The notes beneath the pieces are model-generated. The model searched no databases and was not told where the DNA came from. It worked only from the letters and a program-made list of their open reading frames with translations. From Ptychomitrium polyphyllum (Eukaryota), in assembly GCA_973851085.1 (NCBI GenBank), contig OZ316775.1, forward strand, positions 10,788,001-10,852,000: DNA of 64,000 nucleotides, given 5' to 3'. Below, piece by piece: positions 1-13,100 of this stretch; the stretch's first letter is position 1, and each line of letters begins with the position of its first letter. The position numbers and the translations under genes were made by a program.

Positions 1-3000
1 GAAGCTGCATGTCATGGAGCTTGAGACAGAGTTGGAGGGGCTCCGGGCGGTTGTGAATGATGTTCGTGAGTGCAACTCCGAAGCAGAAGCTCGAATTATT
101 CTTTTAGAAGAGAGGCTTCGTGATAGCCAAAGAAAGTTGCAAGCTAAGGACAACCTTAACCCGACGCTCTCGAATGTTCATAAGCATGAGGAGGTCGTCT
201 TCGCAGTGGGATTGGACCCTGAAGCTCTGCAGCGGAAATTGAGCACTTGTGAGAGAGAGAGGTCTGACATTGAAAAACATCGTGATAAGCTTATAGCAGA
301 GTCAAGAGAAACAAAGCAGCTGTATGAAAGGGAGAAGCAGGAGCTGCTCACAAGGCTTGAACATCTTGGCAAACAGTGCGCAGTGAAGGATAACCAGTTG
401 AACGATTTGCTTGATCAAATCGAGAGGGAGAGGCAAGTCATCAATACACTTGAGGCTCGTTGTTCAACCACTGAGCAAGAGTTGTCAAAGCAATTGTCGC
501 TGGTTGATCATGTTCGTGAAGAGGTGATTGTGTGGAAGCTCAATGCCCAGGCTTATAAAGAGAGAGCTCAGGTATTGGATACGTCTTTGTATGCTGAAGC
601 AGCAGCAAAGGATGCTTCTCTACAAGAAATCAAGGCCTCTCTTCATGAGTTGACAGTTCTTTGCAAGGGTGGCACTCAGGCTGCAACTAGTCAGACACTC
701 AGAATTTCATCGATAGAGGAGAAATTGCAGCGGCAAGATATGTTGCAGGGCAGCATGGATGGGAGATTGGTTTCATTGTTGGGAGAGTTGAATGCTGTAA
801 TGGAAGAAGTTGAGAGAATTTCGCAAGGTGTAGCTTATCTAAATACTGAGCTGCACAGTCTTGAAGATGATTCAAAGCTAACGAAGACTGACTTTGAGAT
901 ACGATTGAGGGCAGTGGAGGGGCTGTTCATTTCTTCTTGTACGGAGTTGAAGGAGGTGATAGTCTACTCCTTATCATACAATTGTTTTGCGTCGCACAAC
1001 CTAAGGTTTGAACATAAAAGGAAGGTGTGTTTTTGTAAAGTTGTACTGATTTTTCTGATTTTGTGGTGTGGTGAAACTGCAGATATCACAACAAGTGGGA
1101 CAGATGAATGCTGAAAGGCTTTCTCTTGAGAACAGTATGAGCATGAAGGGGGAAGGCCTGGAAGTATTGAAGGGGGAGAATCAAAGCCTTCATGCTGAGA
1201 AAAGCAGGCTTGAAGCTAACGTCAATGGTTTGGAGGAAAGGTTACTCAAATTGGCTAGAGAAGCTGAGAGGAGCAAAGTTGTTATTGATACTTTGAACGA
1301 AAATCTAAAAGCGGCTGAAGTAGGTATGGCAGCTAGAAGTGAAGAGCTATACGAGCTTCATGGAAGATTGGAGGAGGCAGAGAGCAAAAGTATGCACTTC
1401 CCGAGTGTTGCAGAACAAGCCCGGGGCTTAGAGGATAAACTCAGAGAAACGGAAGCCATTATCCACGACAAAGAACAAAGACTTGCTGCTTCTGAGTGGA
1501 CCGTGCAACAACTAGCTAGCGAGATTGCGAAGTCCAAAAGTCACTTGACACAGAAAGAGAAGGACGAGGTAGCGTCGATGGACCGTCTGTCGCATTTGAC
1601 GACACAGCTTAGAGAAAAAGAGAGGGAGTTGATGGAGCTCCATTGTGATCTGGAGAATGCTGTGAAGACTAGTAACGAGAGGCATACAGTTGTGCAGCAG
1701 CTTACATGCTCTAAGGAAGAGCTGGGCCTCGTATTGAACCTTACAAAACGCGCTCTGGAGGAGAGAACAGCAACTCTTGCAGCATCAGAAGCCGAAGTCA
1801 AGAGGCTACTGGAGATGCAGAGATTAACAGAGGGAGCGTTAGAGATTTACAAAGAACAGCTGTCAAATGAAGTAAAGACAAACGTAGCCCATGAAAAGGA
1901 TATGAAGCAATTTTGTGACGATATGGATAGGACTAAGCAGGAATCCAAACTGGCAGAGGTTCACGTTTCAGATTTACAAGAAAGACTGAGCTGCTTAGAG
2001 AGGACCACAGCAGCGCGTCTAGAAAGCTACGAATGGAAGATGGAGAAAGGGGCCACCGACCTTAGTGAATACAAAGAGAGCTGCGCTAGTTTATTGGATC
2101 TCATAGAGAAGAAGGATGTTGTGATACATGAACTGGAGTTGATAGTGGAGCATGGAAGGAAAGAGTTGGCCAAACAAGTCATGCTTACTGAACAAGGAGA
2201 GCAGGAACTAACTATAGTATTACAGCAATTACAAAGCAAGACGAAGCTGTACATTGATCTGAAATTTGAATACGTCACAGCTGACGGATTTGTTAAAGAG
2301 TTAGAACGGCAAAAAAGGGCTCTTGAGGAAGAGCTCGCAGAGCTAAAAAATATGTCCTATATGGCTACAGGGTGTTTGAAAGAGAAATCCTTGGAAATTG
2401 AAGAACAAAGAAGAAGTATTGAGCGACTTGAGAATCTCGCCGCGCAGCAGGGAGATGCTCATGTTGCAAAGACGAAAGAGCTGCAGATCAGCAACAATGC
2501 GGTGGAAGAGCGGGACAGCAAGATCGCAAACTTGCAGTTTACTTTGAACAAAGCTCATGATGACTTGCAAACAGCACACGAATTAGTGTCAACGAAGGAA
2601 GAAGAGAAACGTATTCTTTATGTGAGGTTGGCTGAGATGGAAAGCCTGGTTGAAAAGGGCAAGAGCCAAATAACCCAGTTGCAGGCTTCTTTGCAACTTG
2701 CCCAAGCAAACTTGGAGTCAGAGACTGAGCGAGTTTGGCATCAGGTTGCTACCAGAAACGAGATAGAAACGGAGCTTGGTGCTTGGAAAGCCAAGGCTGC
2801 TGCCTTGATGGAGAGCAGTGCTGAGTTTGAAAGCTCAATCAGCAGATTGCAGTCGGAGGTGAATAAATGGAAGGAGGCAGCTGAGCACACAGAGAATCTA
2901 AGCGAAATGGAGCTTGATGCTTGGAAAGCGAGAGTGGCCTCTCTTTCAGAGAGCAATACCAGTATGAGAGCTGAGTTTGAAAAATCATTCAAAAAGTCCC

Positions 3001-6000
3001 AGGTTGAGGTGAAGGAGTGGAAGGAGATAGCAGAGAATACCCAGTTCCTGAACGCAGAGCTTGAAAAGTCTATGCAGGCTGTTAAAGAGTCAGTGACAGG
3101 CTGGGAAAAGGTTACTACCGCTTTAGCAGACGAAGGAGACATAACGACGCGGCATCTGGAATTCTTATTCAAACAGGTCCATGAGGAGTTTCGATGTTTG
3201 CAGGCAGACCTTGAAAACTCCAAAGATTTGATATCAATCACATGCAGAGAGGGAAATACTTTGAAAGCTGAGGTCTTGAACTTTATCAAGGATTCCCGAG
3301 TACAAGTAGGCACCTTGAGGGAGCAGACAGCGCTGGCTGCCATTACCGACACGGAGGAAAGAGAACATCACCTGCAACCTGTTATTTCAAATCTTCAAAG
3401 GGAGCAGAAAGTCTGGGAGGCCAAAGTTGTGCATTCGCCTACCACTGACGTCTTATTACAGGAAGCGCAATCGCAGCTGAAGGATTGGAAACAAAGAGCC
3501 GATGAGTGGGAGTCGTTCAACGGCATCCTGGAACAAGCTTTCTTAGACTTTGAGCATGCGTTGCTGCAGTGCAAATCAGACGTAGCATCTACAGATGATT
3601 TAGGAAGGAATATGAAGTTGGACATTCAGCTCTTATTTCAAAACCTGCGGAAGGAATTGGACGAAGCAAAAACCGAGATGCTGGAATTGAAGGAGGTTGC
3701 AGCATTGAAGACAAAGCGTGTCCAAATTGAGTATGAGAACTGTGTTGCTACCCTTCAAGAAGAGGTAAAAGTTTGGAAGGAGAGAGCCGCTGCGGCTGCA
3801 GAAGCGGGATTGCAGATGAAAGCTCAATTTGAGGAGTTGCTCAAAAGCCTACAGGGTGAACTCAAGACTTGGAAACAGTTTGAGAAACTGGCTCGAGACG
3901 AGAGGCAGTTTCCTAAGTCAAAGACTGCTACAGAAGGCGATGCAAGAATAGTAGGATTGGAGGAGGACGAGTCAGATGTTCTCACTCCAAATTCGATAAA
4001 CCCTTTCCATCAAGAGGATGAAGGCTTCGCATCAGGCCTGGAAGCGCCAGAAAACGACGGTGCTCCTGCACAGTTACACGGGTGGAAAAGTAAATCATCA
4101 ACGGTGGCGAGAGAGGGTCGGAAGCTAACACGGCAGTTCAGAGCTTCATTCAAGCTTATTCAGTTCGAGTTGGAGAGTCGAGCGCAGGCTCCCAAAATGA
4201 CGAAGCATGAATCTTTTGTTCATCGACATGATGACACTGGACTCGAAGACCTTGTGAAGGCGTTGCAAGAGGAGGCTATTGAAATCAAGGTGGAGCTTGC
4301 AGACTGGAAGAACAAGGCAAATTGTGCAGCTCAAGAAACTGCAATCCTGACGGAAGACTTGGAGAGGACAATCAGCGAACTGAAAGCAGAGGTGGAAGGG
4401 TGGAAAGACCGCTCAGCCATGTCAGCCGGTCAGAGAATTGTTGCAAGACGACAGCTTGACGGCTACGCAAATCAGGTAAAGTCGTTGAACACAGAGTTGC
4501 AGAAATGGAAAGATGTGGCTACAGAAGCGAATGAAGGTTCAACGAAATTGCAAACCTCCCTTGAGAGTGTGCTGAAAGAAAACGAAGAAGTGAGAGCAGA
4601 ACTAAATGAGTGGATGCAGAAAACTTTAGAGCTCAATTGCAAAGTCAAAGATTTGGAAGCGGATGTGGAGAAGTGGAAACAGAGATTTGGAACTCATAAC
4701 GACGAGAATCGACTCCGCTTAGAAGAGCTTGAGAACCTGCGTACAGAGTTGGAGAAATGGAAAATTGTTGCAGCAGCGGCGGAGGAAGAGGGGAAGTCAG
4801 CTAAAATGGAATTACTTGACACTCTAGGCAAGTTCGAGGATGAATTGGAGGTGATGAGCAGCAATTCCATTGGAGAATGCAGCTCAGCAGGAGGGAGATC
4901 ATTGCGAGAAGAGGAGCTGGATTGTAGTACTTGGCAGAGGAGCCCCTCTGGACGTTTTTCAAATGAATGGAGGCACGTGGGTTCTGAGCTGGAGACATCT
5001 CTGCAAGCCGAAGTAGAAGATTGGAAGAAGAGAGTCGTGTGTGCTGAGAAGGAGCAGGAGGATTTGAGACAACGTTACGAGACGATGGTGGAGGAGTTGC
5101 ACTTGGAGGTAGTGGTGTGGAAGAAGAGCGCAGCGTGCATTGCTGAAGATGGAAGACTTGAGAGAGTTGAGCTGGAGAAGAAACTGAAAGGCAGAAACGC
5201 CATGGATGAAGATCAGAAGAGCGCGTTAGAGGTGGCGGGGCTTCAAGCAGAGCTAGAAATCTGGAAGGCAAGGGCAGGAGAGGCTGTCGAGGACTTAACA
5301 TCCCTTCATGACGTGCATGAGAACGCCATCAAGGAACTTCAGTTAGATCTTACTCAGTGGAAAGCAAAATCAGAAACTGCTAGTGAAGGGGCTAAGTCCG
5401 TGAAAGCGAATCTAGAGAAGTTGGTGCAGGATATGAAATACGAGGTACATATGTGGAAGCAGAAAGCTGAGAAAGCACTAGAAGGTGCGAGGAAAAGTCA
5501 AGAGTACGAAGACTTGATCAGAGCTTTAGAGGAGGAATTGTGTCTTTGTACACAACGTAATGAAGAAGGGAAAGCTTTGCAGCTGCAACTGGAAACTGAT
5601 CGAACTCATTTGAAGAAATCACTCAAAGCGACCCAAAATGAGCTACAGAATTGGAAAGACGAAGCTGCAGTTGTGACGACTCCTATTCGATCCCTACAAG
5701 AAAATGATGTCAACACCGATATTGAATCACTACTTCAGAAGTGGAAATTAAAAGCTAATGATGGGGAGCTTCTGCAACTGCAACTGGAAAAGTTGCTTGC
5801 CGAAACGCAAACTGAACTTCAGGAATGGAAACACAAGGCCGTAGAGTTTAGTCTGGCGGCAGAATCTCTCAAAGAGGAACTGGACTACGTCATTGAAGAA
5901 GGCAGACTTGAAAAAGAGGAATTACACGTGTCGACTAGCGAGTTTGAAGCGGAGCTATACACTAAAGCTCAGAAGTGCCAATCCTTGCAGACTCAGTTGG

Positions 6001-8429
6001 AGAGTTCACATACACAGATACAGATGTGGAAAGAGAAAGCCGCAGCTATCACCCAATCCACAAAGTCGTTAATGGAAGAATTCGACTTGACGGTTGAAGA
6101 AGAGCAAGTGGAGAAGCAAGAGTTTTATAATTCAATCAGCGCTCTCAAAGCATCTGTTCTTGTTTGGAAGGACAAGGTGGCAAAGAGCGAGTCCATTCAA
6201 TTGGAACTCAAGAGCACCCTTCTGGAAACGCAGCTCGAACTTCAAGACTGGAAAGACAGAGCTGAAGCCGTTGCTGTTGCAACGAAGTCATTGAAGGCAG
6301 AAATCGATTGCATCCTCAAGGAAAATAGACTACAAAAAGAGAAGCTGTGCAACACAATAAATGAACTGGAAGCAGAGTTGTTTGAATGGAAATCCAGGAC
6401 TCAGGAGGGCGTATCTGTGCAACTTCAGTTGGAAAGGACTCTGGCGGAGATGGAAGAGAAAGCAGCAGCCGCCGCTTCTGAAACGCAGGCCTTGAAGGAC
6501 GAGCTTGACTCCTTAATTACCGAAAGCAGTTCCGAGATTCATCAGCTCTGCACCGCCATCACTAGACTCGAAGCAGAGCTTTCAGAGCTTGAAGGTAAGG
6601 CTAACGATGGCCACTCTCCGCAGCTTCTTCAGCTGCAAAGCTTGTTGACAAAGACACAATCTCAGCTTCAGGAATGGCAAGAGAAAGCTACAGTTGGTTC
6701 TGAAGCAGAAGAGGAACTACGCCAGGCTGTTGAAGAAATTAGGTCACAGACACAGAAACTTCACGACTGCATTAGAATGCTTAAGAATGAACTCCTTCAG
6801 TGGAAGAACAAAGCAAAGCAACTTGAAACATCGCAGTTGCAGCTGACCTCTGCACTTGCATCATCTCAGGAGGAGCTTCAGTTATTGAAGCAAAAGGCCA
6901 TGGATTCAACATTAGTGACAGACTTAGATCTCAGAATCTCCGTTAATGATTTGGAAACAGAACTTTCTCAGTGGATTGAGAAGGCTCAAGAAGGTGAACT
7001 TCTTCACCAGCAGATGAGAATCTCAATCACAGAGACGCAAATGGAGCTCCGAGGCATGAAAGAGAAGATCGGCGCAATCGCTGAAGGGTTCTCTGCTTCA
7101 GATTCTCTGAAGAATGAGCTCAGCAGTGCGAACCAACTGGCAAGCACGTTGACGAGCCAGCTAAGTACTCAGAAGCAGAACGAAGTGGCATTGCAGAAGT
7201 TGAACCGTCAGTTGGAGGCTGATCTTGTACTTGCGCGAGAAGAGGTTCTTTCCAGAAAACAGAAGATGATTCAGATCATGATCCAGCTGGAAGGTACTAG
7301 TAACAGCCAGAAGGAGCTGCAGAGTAAGCTGCTTTTGGCTCAACACCGTCTCCTTGGAAACGAGAATCATCGCCGTCAGGCTGAGAATGACAAGGCTGCT
7401 GCTAAGGTGCGGCTTTAGTGAATACTCAGTTTTCAGGTTCGGAGCCTGCTTCATGCACTAATGACGTATCGAAGATTGAGAAATATTTTCTGAATGGAAC
7501 ATGTACATGTAGTAATTCCTTGAGTGGCGTTATTGCTTGCAGGCATTTCCTGTTGGATTGGATAGTATTTCTTCTCCGTGCACTCCCGTTCTCTCCAGAG
7601 ACTCCGGCTCGCATCATCAGAGGTCCAAGAGCGAATCTTCAGATCTCAAGTTGGACATGTCCAGAGGGCCAGTCAAGAATCCTGCTGTTGACCAGTTGCG
7701 GCAAGAGCTCTTGTCTATGGAGTCATTGGTGAGCAAGCTTGAGCATGTTCGAGGCAGTGACGGTGAGCAATCCCAAGCATGCAGTATTGGCGGCGATGAA
7801 GTGAAAATCGAAGTTGCTGAAGAATCCAAGCCTCGTTCATCGTCACTAAGGTGGGTTACAATTGTATGGCACATGATTTATTATCATGGAAATTAATACC
7901 TTTCTCAAAAGTTTCCTGGAGACGTTGAATAGCTTTAATTACTGATTCTTGTGTTGTCAACCGGGCCATCAGGAAAAACGAGGAGCTGGACATGGATGTC
8001 AATGGAGCTCATAGGTATTTTCATTATGCAACTTTCTCTGTTGCTTGCTTTTCTTCCTGAAGTCATAGGAATTGAAATTCTTAATCAAGTTTCATCCTAG
8101 ACATCGCTGTTCTATATCTTCACAAAAACTAATCATTTTCAGTCATCTCATTTGGGCGTTTCACTTTTCGTTGTAGGCGCGTCGTTCCTTTGGAGAAACA
8201 AATGGAGAGCTCTAGAGAGAATCAAGAGTTGGTGCATCTACAGCAAAAGCCTATTGACAGATCTCGGTCACAAAATGTTGCTAGGTTCAAGGTCCTTGCA
8301 GATGTGGATGGAAACTCTCGGCGTGCTCCTGCGAATCACGACAAACTTCAGCCACACGGTGTTTGTCCGCCTGGGACTCATAACAAGAACCCGTTTTCCC
8401 AGTTGCGACGCACTGCAAGTGGTATGTAG
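1..8429 (+). CDS. Very large coiled-coil protein (>2600 aa in window, 5' end outside window); probably At4g38062-like family; paralog of the gene at 42793-46748
   Basis: Long E/K/L/Q-rich ORFs join in frame through GT-AG introns. Exons: <1-955, 1083-7406, 7543-7850, 7973-8014, 8177-8429 (intron phases 0,0,2,2 all compatible). A possible extra tiny terminal exon lies at ~8500-8516. The family call is inferred from the paralog's N-terminal motif. Confidence 0.85.
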
Positions 8430-10109
8430 ATTACTACGAAACTCCCAGCTAGGACCACATTCCATTTTAGGCCTTAAACTTGCTTGGCTTTCTGCCCAGC
8501 AGCGTTTCAATCCTAGTTAGCATCCGGAGCGCTCGGGTCAGATCCTGTACATCATCAACGTGGACATGTAGTAATTGAGAGTGTGTAATGGAGGCAGAGA
8601 ATCAAGACTAGTTAATCTAGACTGTTTCACTAACCTGTCCTCGATTTCAGATATCAAGACATTGTAGATAATTCTAAGAGATTACATTTTCGGGAAGATC
8701 ATTATCAGACTGCCCAATTGTACAAACATTTTTTAAAAAGATTACTACATGTGGTTTCATGATTTCATTTTGCTCGATGCTATTGCTCAATTTCCATACG
8801 GTAGCAGCTAGTAAGACCAGGCTCGTTGCACTCTGTAGTCTTTAGAGACGGGGCGAGAGTGAGGAATCTATTGCGGTGTCGGAATTACGATCACAACACG
8901 TTTGAATATTAAAAGCAAACATTAACAATGATTAACAAAAATATTAAGTGGTGGATAAGTAGTCTCTCCAAGTATCTTCAAAGGGACAGTAGTGCATTGA
9001 CAAATCATTTATTTTACAATACTTTTGCTGCTGTCAATGAATCACAGATTCAATATAAAAATGAATTGGTAATAGGAGTAATTGATACTAGTAAGCTAGG
9101 TCTGGGCTGTAAATTCCCAAGCAAAGGGCAGTCAACGGGAATGAAATTATCCATTTCAATGCCAGAATTGGGTCAATGCCAAAAGTGATTCGTAATATGT
9201 ACTTGTCCTCCCTCCAATGTATGGCATTATTGCAATTTGCTGCTGCCGAACTTCAATTTCAGTGGCTCTCCAAAGAGTAGACGAAATAAGATTAAACGAT
9301 AACCAACAAATGCAAGGTATAAGGGCTGCTGCGTGGAATGTCAAGTGTCGACTCAAAAATTCAAAAACATGACCTAAGATGGAGCAAAGGGTTGAAGAAC
9401 AGAAGAATTTCACACATAGAGCTAAGTACTACCTTGAAGGCAGTAATTATTGCAGATCTTGATAACATTTCTCAAAAAATCTTGTGTTGATAACCGGTAA
9501 AAATGACTCTTGGGGGGGGGGGCGGATCTCCGATCGTAGTTAAATAATCCAAAGCATTGTGTACCTAACTCTGTACTCTGCTAATTTGAAAATTGAGTTA
9601 AAAACAAGGAACTCTTGTTGGCTATTGCCTCAAGAAAAAGAATAAGTGCCCCGGAGATTTTCCTATACAACTTACTGTAAAAGTTGAGGACAGTCTAGCC
9701 CTCTAAACAAAATGGTGACAGGAGGGTGGCTTACACCTATGTCAACTGCAGGATGACTGCTTGCGCGTTCACATCACACTTTGTTGACAGCAAAGCCATT
9801 GGCAGGAGTAGCTAGTGAACAAAAGGACCAGAATACCATACTAGATAATTAGAAATATTCTGTCCTTCCTGCACAAGAGTACACAAATCTTTTGACGCTT
9901 CAGAATCTTTTGCAGTCTTTCTAAATGAAATACTCGCAAAAAAAATATATAAGGATGGGAATCGAACAACTGCTACCTCGAAATCTGAATATCGAACCTA
10001 AACTAGAGGTCATTGTAAAGCAAAGAGATAGAAAAAGAACTCACCTAGTAGAAACATGGAGCGACTATGAATTATCGCACGATTGCAGACAATTTCAATA
10101 GATTCAGGT

Positions 10110-13100
10110 TCATTTCATCTCCATTCTCTCCAGGTCAGCCTGTGAAAGCAGTGTTGCGTTGGTTCCTTGTCCAGCTTTATCATAGGGCTGAGCCATTCGT
10201 CTCAAAAACTGGAGAAGCAGAGCTTAGGCACATTAGAAAACTAGGTAATCAATGTACTGCAACAGGATACAATATAACCTCAACCCTTCAAACATATCGG
10301 AACTACACAGAAGAGAGGTCCTTAAGAACAGCAAAGTTGCATTTCTTGCAAGACTGGATTCTTGGAAAAGCAAATCACAGCAGAACCGAACTTATTCAAA
10401 ACTGAGGAAAACCGAGTTACAATGAAAGCCTATGTTACCTCTCGTGCAATATGAACCGACATATCAGTGCTGAGATTAAGGTGAGCATCTCGCAGGTGTG
10501 ACAAAATCCAGCCTGGCAATTTTGATCGCTTGTCATGACGGTTATATCTGTTGGGCATTGGTTATGTCATTTCATTAGTAAGAGAATCGTTAGTGATGTG
10601 GAGCACCTTCCAAGCCCGTAGACTCAGCAAAATCATCTGTGCACATACGCAACCAACACCAACGAAGCATTCGCTGACTATTTATAGCCAAACTCAAAGA
10701 GTACTTGAAGATTGACCATCTAAAAACTGGTGAAAATTAGGACACGCATGGACGGCATACCTCTTGTCAGCAAAAATCATCATTCCATAATCTGCCTTTG
10801 AACGAATGACGCGTCCCACACATTGTGCAGCTTGCCGCTGGCCCATATGAGTGCATACATGCATTGCATTAACAATAGAGCAAGTATAAAAAATAATAGA
10901 ACTGACAATGTCCTCTAATATAATTTCAGAAACCGAGCCCTTGCTTGGAACTTAAGGTTATGAAGTTTTTGAAGGAACGAGGTTACAACCCCATATACCA
11001 GGCCAACCACTTAACATACCACAGCATCAAATGTCAAAAAGTCATTCTCTTTGATCTGAAAAGTTTCTCGCAGATACTCCAAACGTGCTCGTAGTATTCT
11101 GTGAAGATAATTACAACGAGCACCCTGGTAATTAGAATTCGTATAGTAAATCATCAAGGTAAAATCAACAATAGTTTTTCCAGGGCGGCAAGTGAGAAGA
11201 GAATTACATAACTCCCCTCTCTGTGTCCAGCAAAACCTCGACGTGACAAAGAATAGCAGCTACATCTAGTACAAGAGGTCCAAGAACGAACACCAACGTC
11301 TCTCACGGCAGAAATGCATGGGATTAACGACATGGTTGTAATCGTCCTGTCTAACTACCTATTTCAAGCACTCTTAAATAAGATCATACGCACCTGCTGA
11401 GTGTATACTGAAATGGTACACCATACATAATCACAAGGCGACCATAATGCCGGTCGAAATCAATACCCTCAGCAACTTTGCCCCTGCCGTATTGAGCGTT
11501 AGTACCCACATTAACTATGCGGCAAAATAATGTAGTTGAATATATGTATCTTTTCAAAAGAGTCTCAAGCAGAATTTTCTAAGACCTCTCAACTGAAAGC
11601 CAACAAACTACCTAATATTTGAAGCAAAACTAAAAGCCTAGAAGACCACAAATCGTAAAATCATGACCTGATCAGCCAAATCTTCAGAGAATGGATTTGT
11701 TCAAAGCTTAAGGGAACAAATTACCAAACACTTCACAGATTGAAGAGGACTAGAGAAATGCCACTGCGGATAGAGAAACCAAAAACTTAATACCTGGCAA
11801 CAGAGAAGAAAACGGCACCACGGCCACAATCACATGCTCGTCTGTAGTTGTCAAGGGCAAGTGTAGTCTCCACGACATCTTGGGTTTCAATGAACACCAA
11901 CTTGTGTTGCATTACGTCCTGTTGGACAGAGCAGGAGACAAAAAGAGTTAAAAAGGAGTATGATTTACTGATCAAGCATACTATTGCAGCATCATTAAGT
12001 AGTTTTAAAAAGGCAGTTGGATGTTCAATCCAGCTTATGATTAATCAGCACACTTGCTCAACATTCTGAACCCTAGAAATTGGGAAGGGTTAAAGAGAAT
12101 GTGATAATGACCTGTAATATACCCATCTCATTCCAACTGTTCACAATTCCGTCCATGTAGGAATAACTGACAAAGAAACACACAATTCCATCCGGTACTG
12201 CGGTGACCATCTCCAACAGCAGACGCCCATAGTTACGAACAACCCCAGGATCACTCCGCATGTCAAATTTCGTACTCACGGGCAGCTGGTCACTGTGTCA
12301 AAGTGATAAAACTTATCAGCCTACTCGTATCTATACAATGGCTCAGTCTGCTCTCGTAATATACAGAAAGATGAGACCTACAAGCCTAATATGGCAACAT
12401 AATAGGGTCCAAAATAGGTAAATTGATTGTCACCAATGCCACATGCAAGAGAAAAAAATGCTAACAACTGAATACAAACTTGCTCATAACTGCACTCACC
12501 TTCCACGTGTGAGGACCATAGGGCATAGACAATCGCGAGTAAGGGTCATCTTGTAGCTGTTGGAAATTACTGGATGGAAGTTGAGCAAACGTGGATATAG
12601 GTCGATGGGACTGAGTGTACCAGATGTAATCACAACACTTTGAAACTTCTCAAAAACTGGCTTTATTGCAAGGGATGAATCCAGACAGCTAAGCTGCAGC
12701 CATAAGGAGCAAAATTCGTGATTTGCTTAGTACCAAGAATGAAAATGTCAGCACATGAAAAAACTCTAAGGGTAATATCGATGCAAGTTACATCAGGACC
12801 AAAAACTGCTGAAAAAGTTCGAAAGAAGCTTTTAAATAAAAGGTAGACATACCTTCAACAAAAAACTGTCTCATAACAAAGTTGACAACGTACAAAAATG
12901 CAGTAAACCCAAAATGAACAATTGTGCCTACAAAAGACAACACCATCATGGACTCAACCAGCTGGAGACAGAACTCACTTGCAATACAGGGTCAGGTATA
13001 TTGGGCATGCGTTCATCATAAGGTTCAATAATAATGGTGAAACCTCTTGTGTAGGTGCCCACGAGCGTGGCAAAATCACAAACAGTTTGAACGTGCATAA

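Noticed and set aside
178..7454. Many antisense ORFs opposite the coiled-coil exons (also at 44892-46699)
   Set aside because: Typical shadow ORFs of E/K/Q/L-rich coding sequence, S/F/L-rich with no independent signal.
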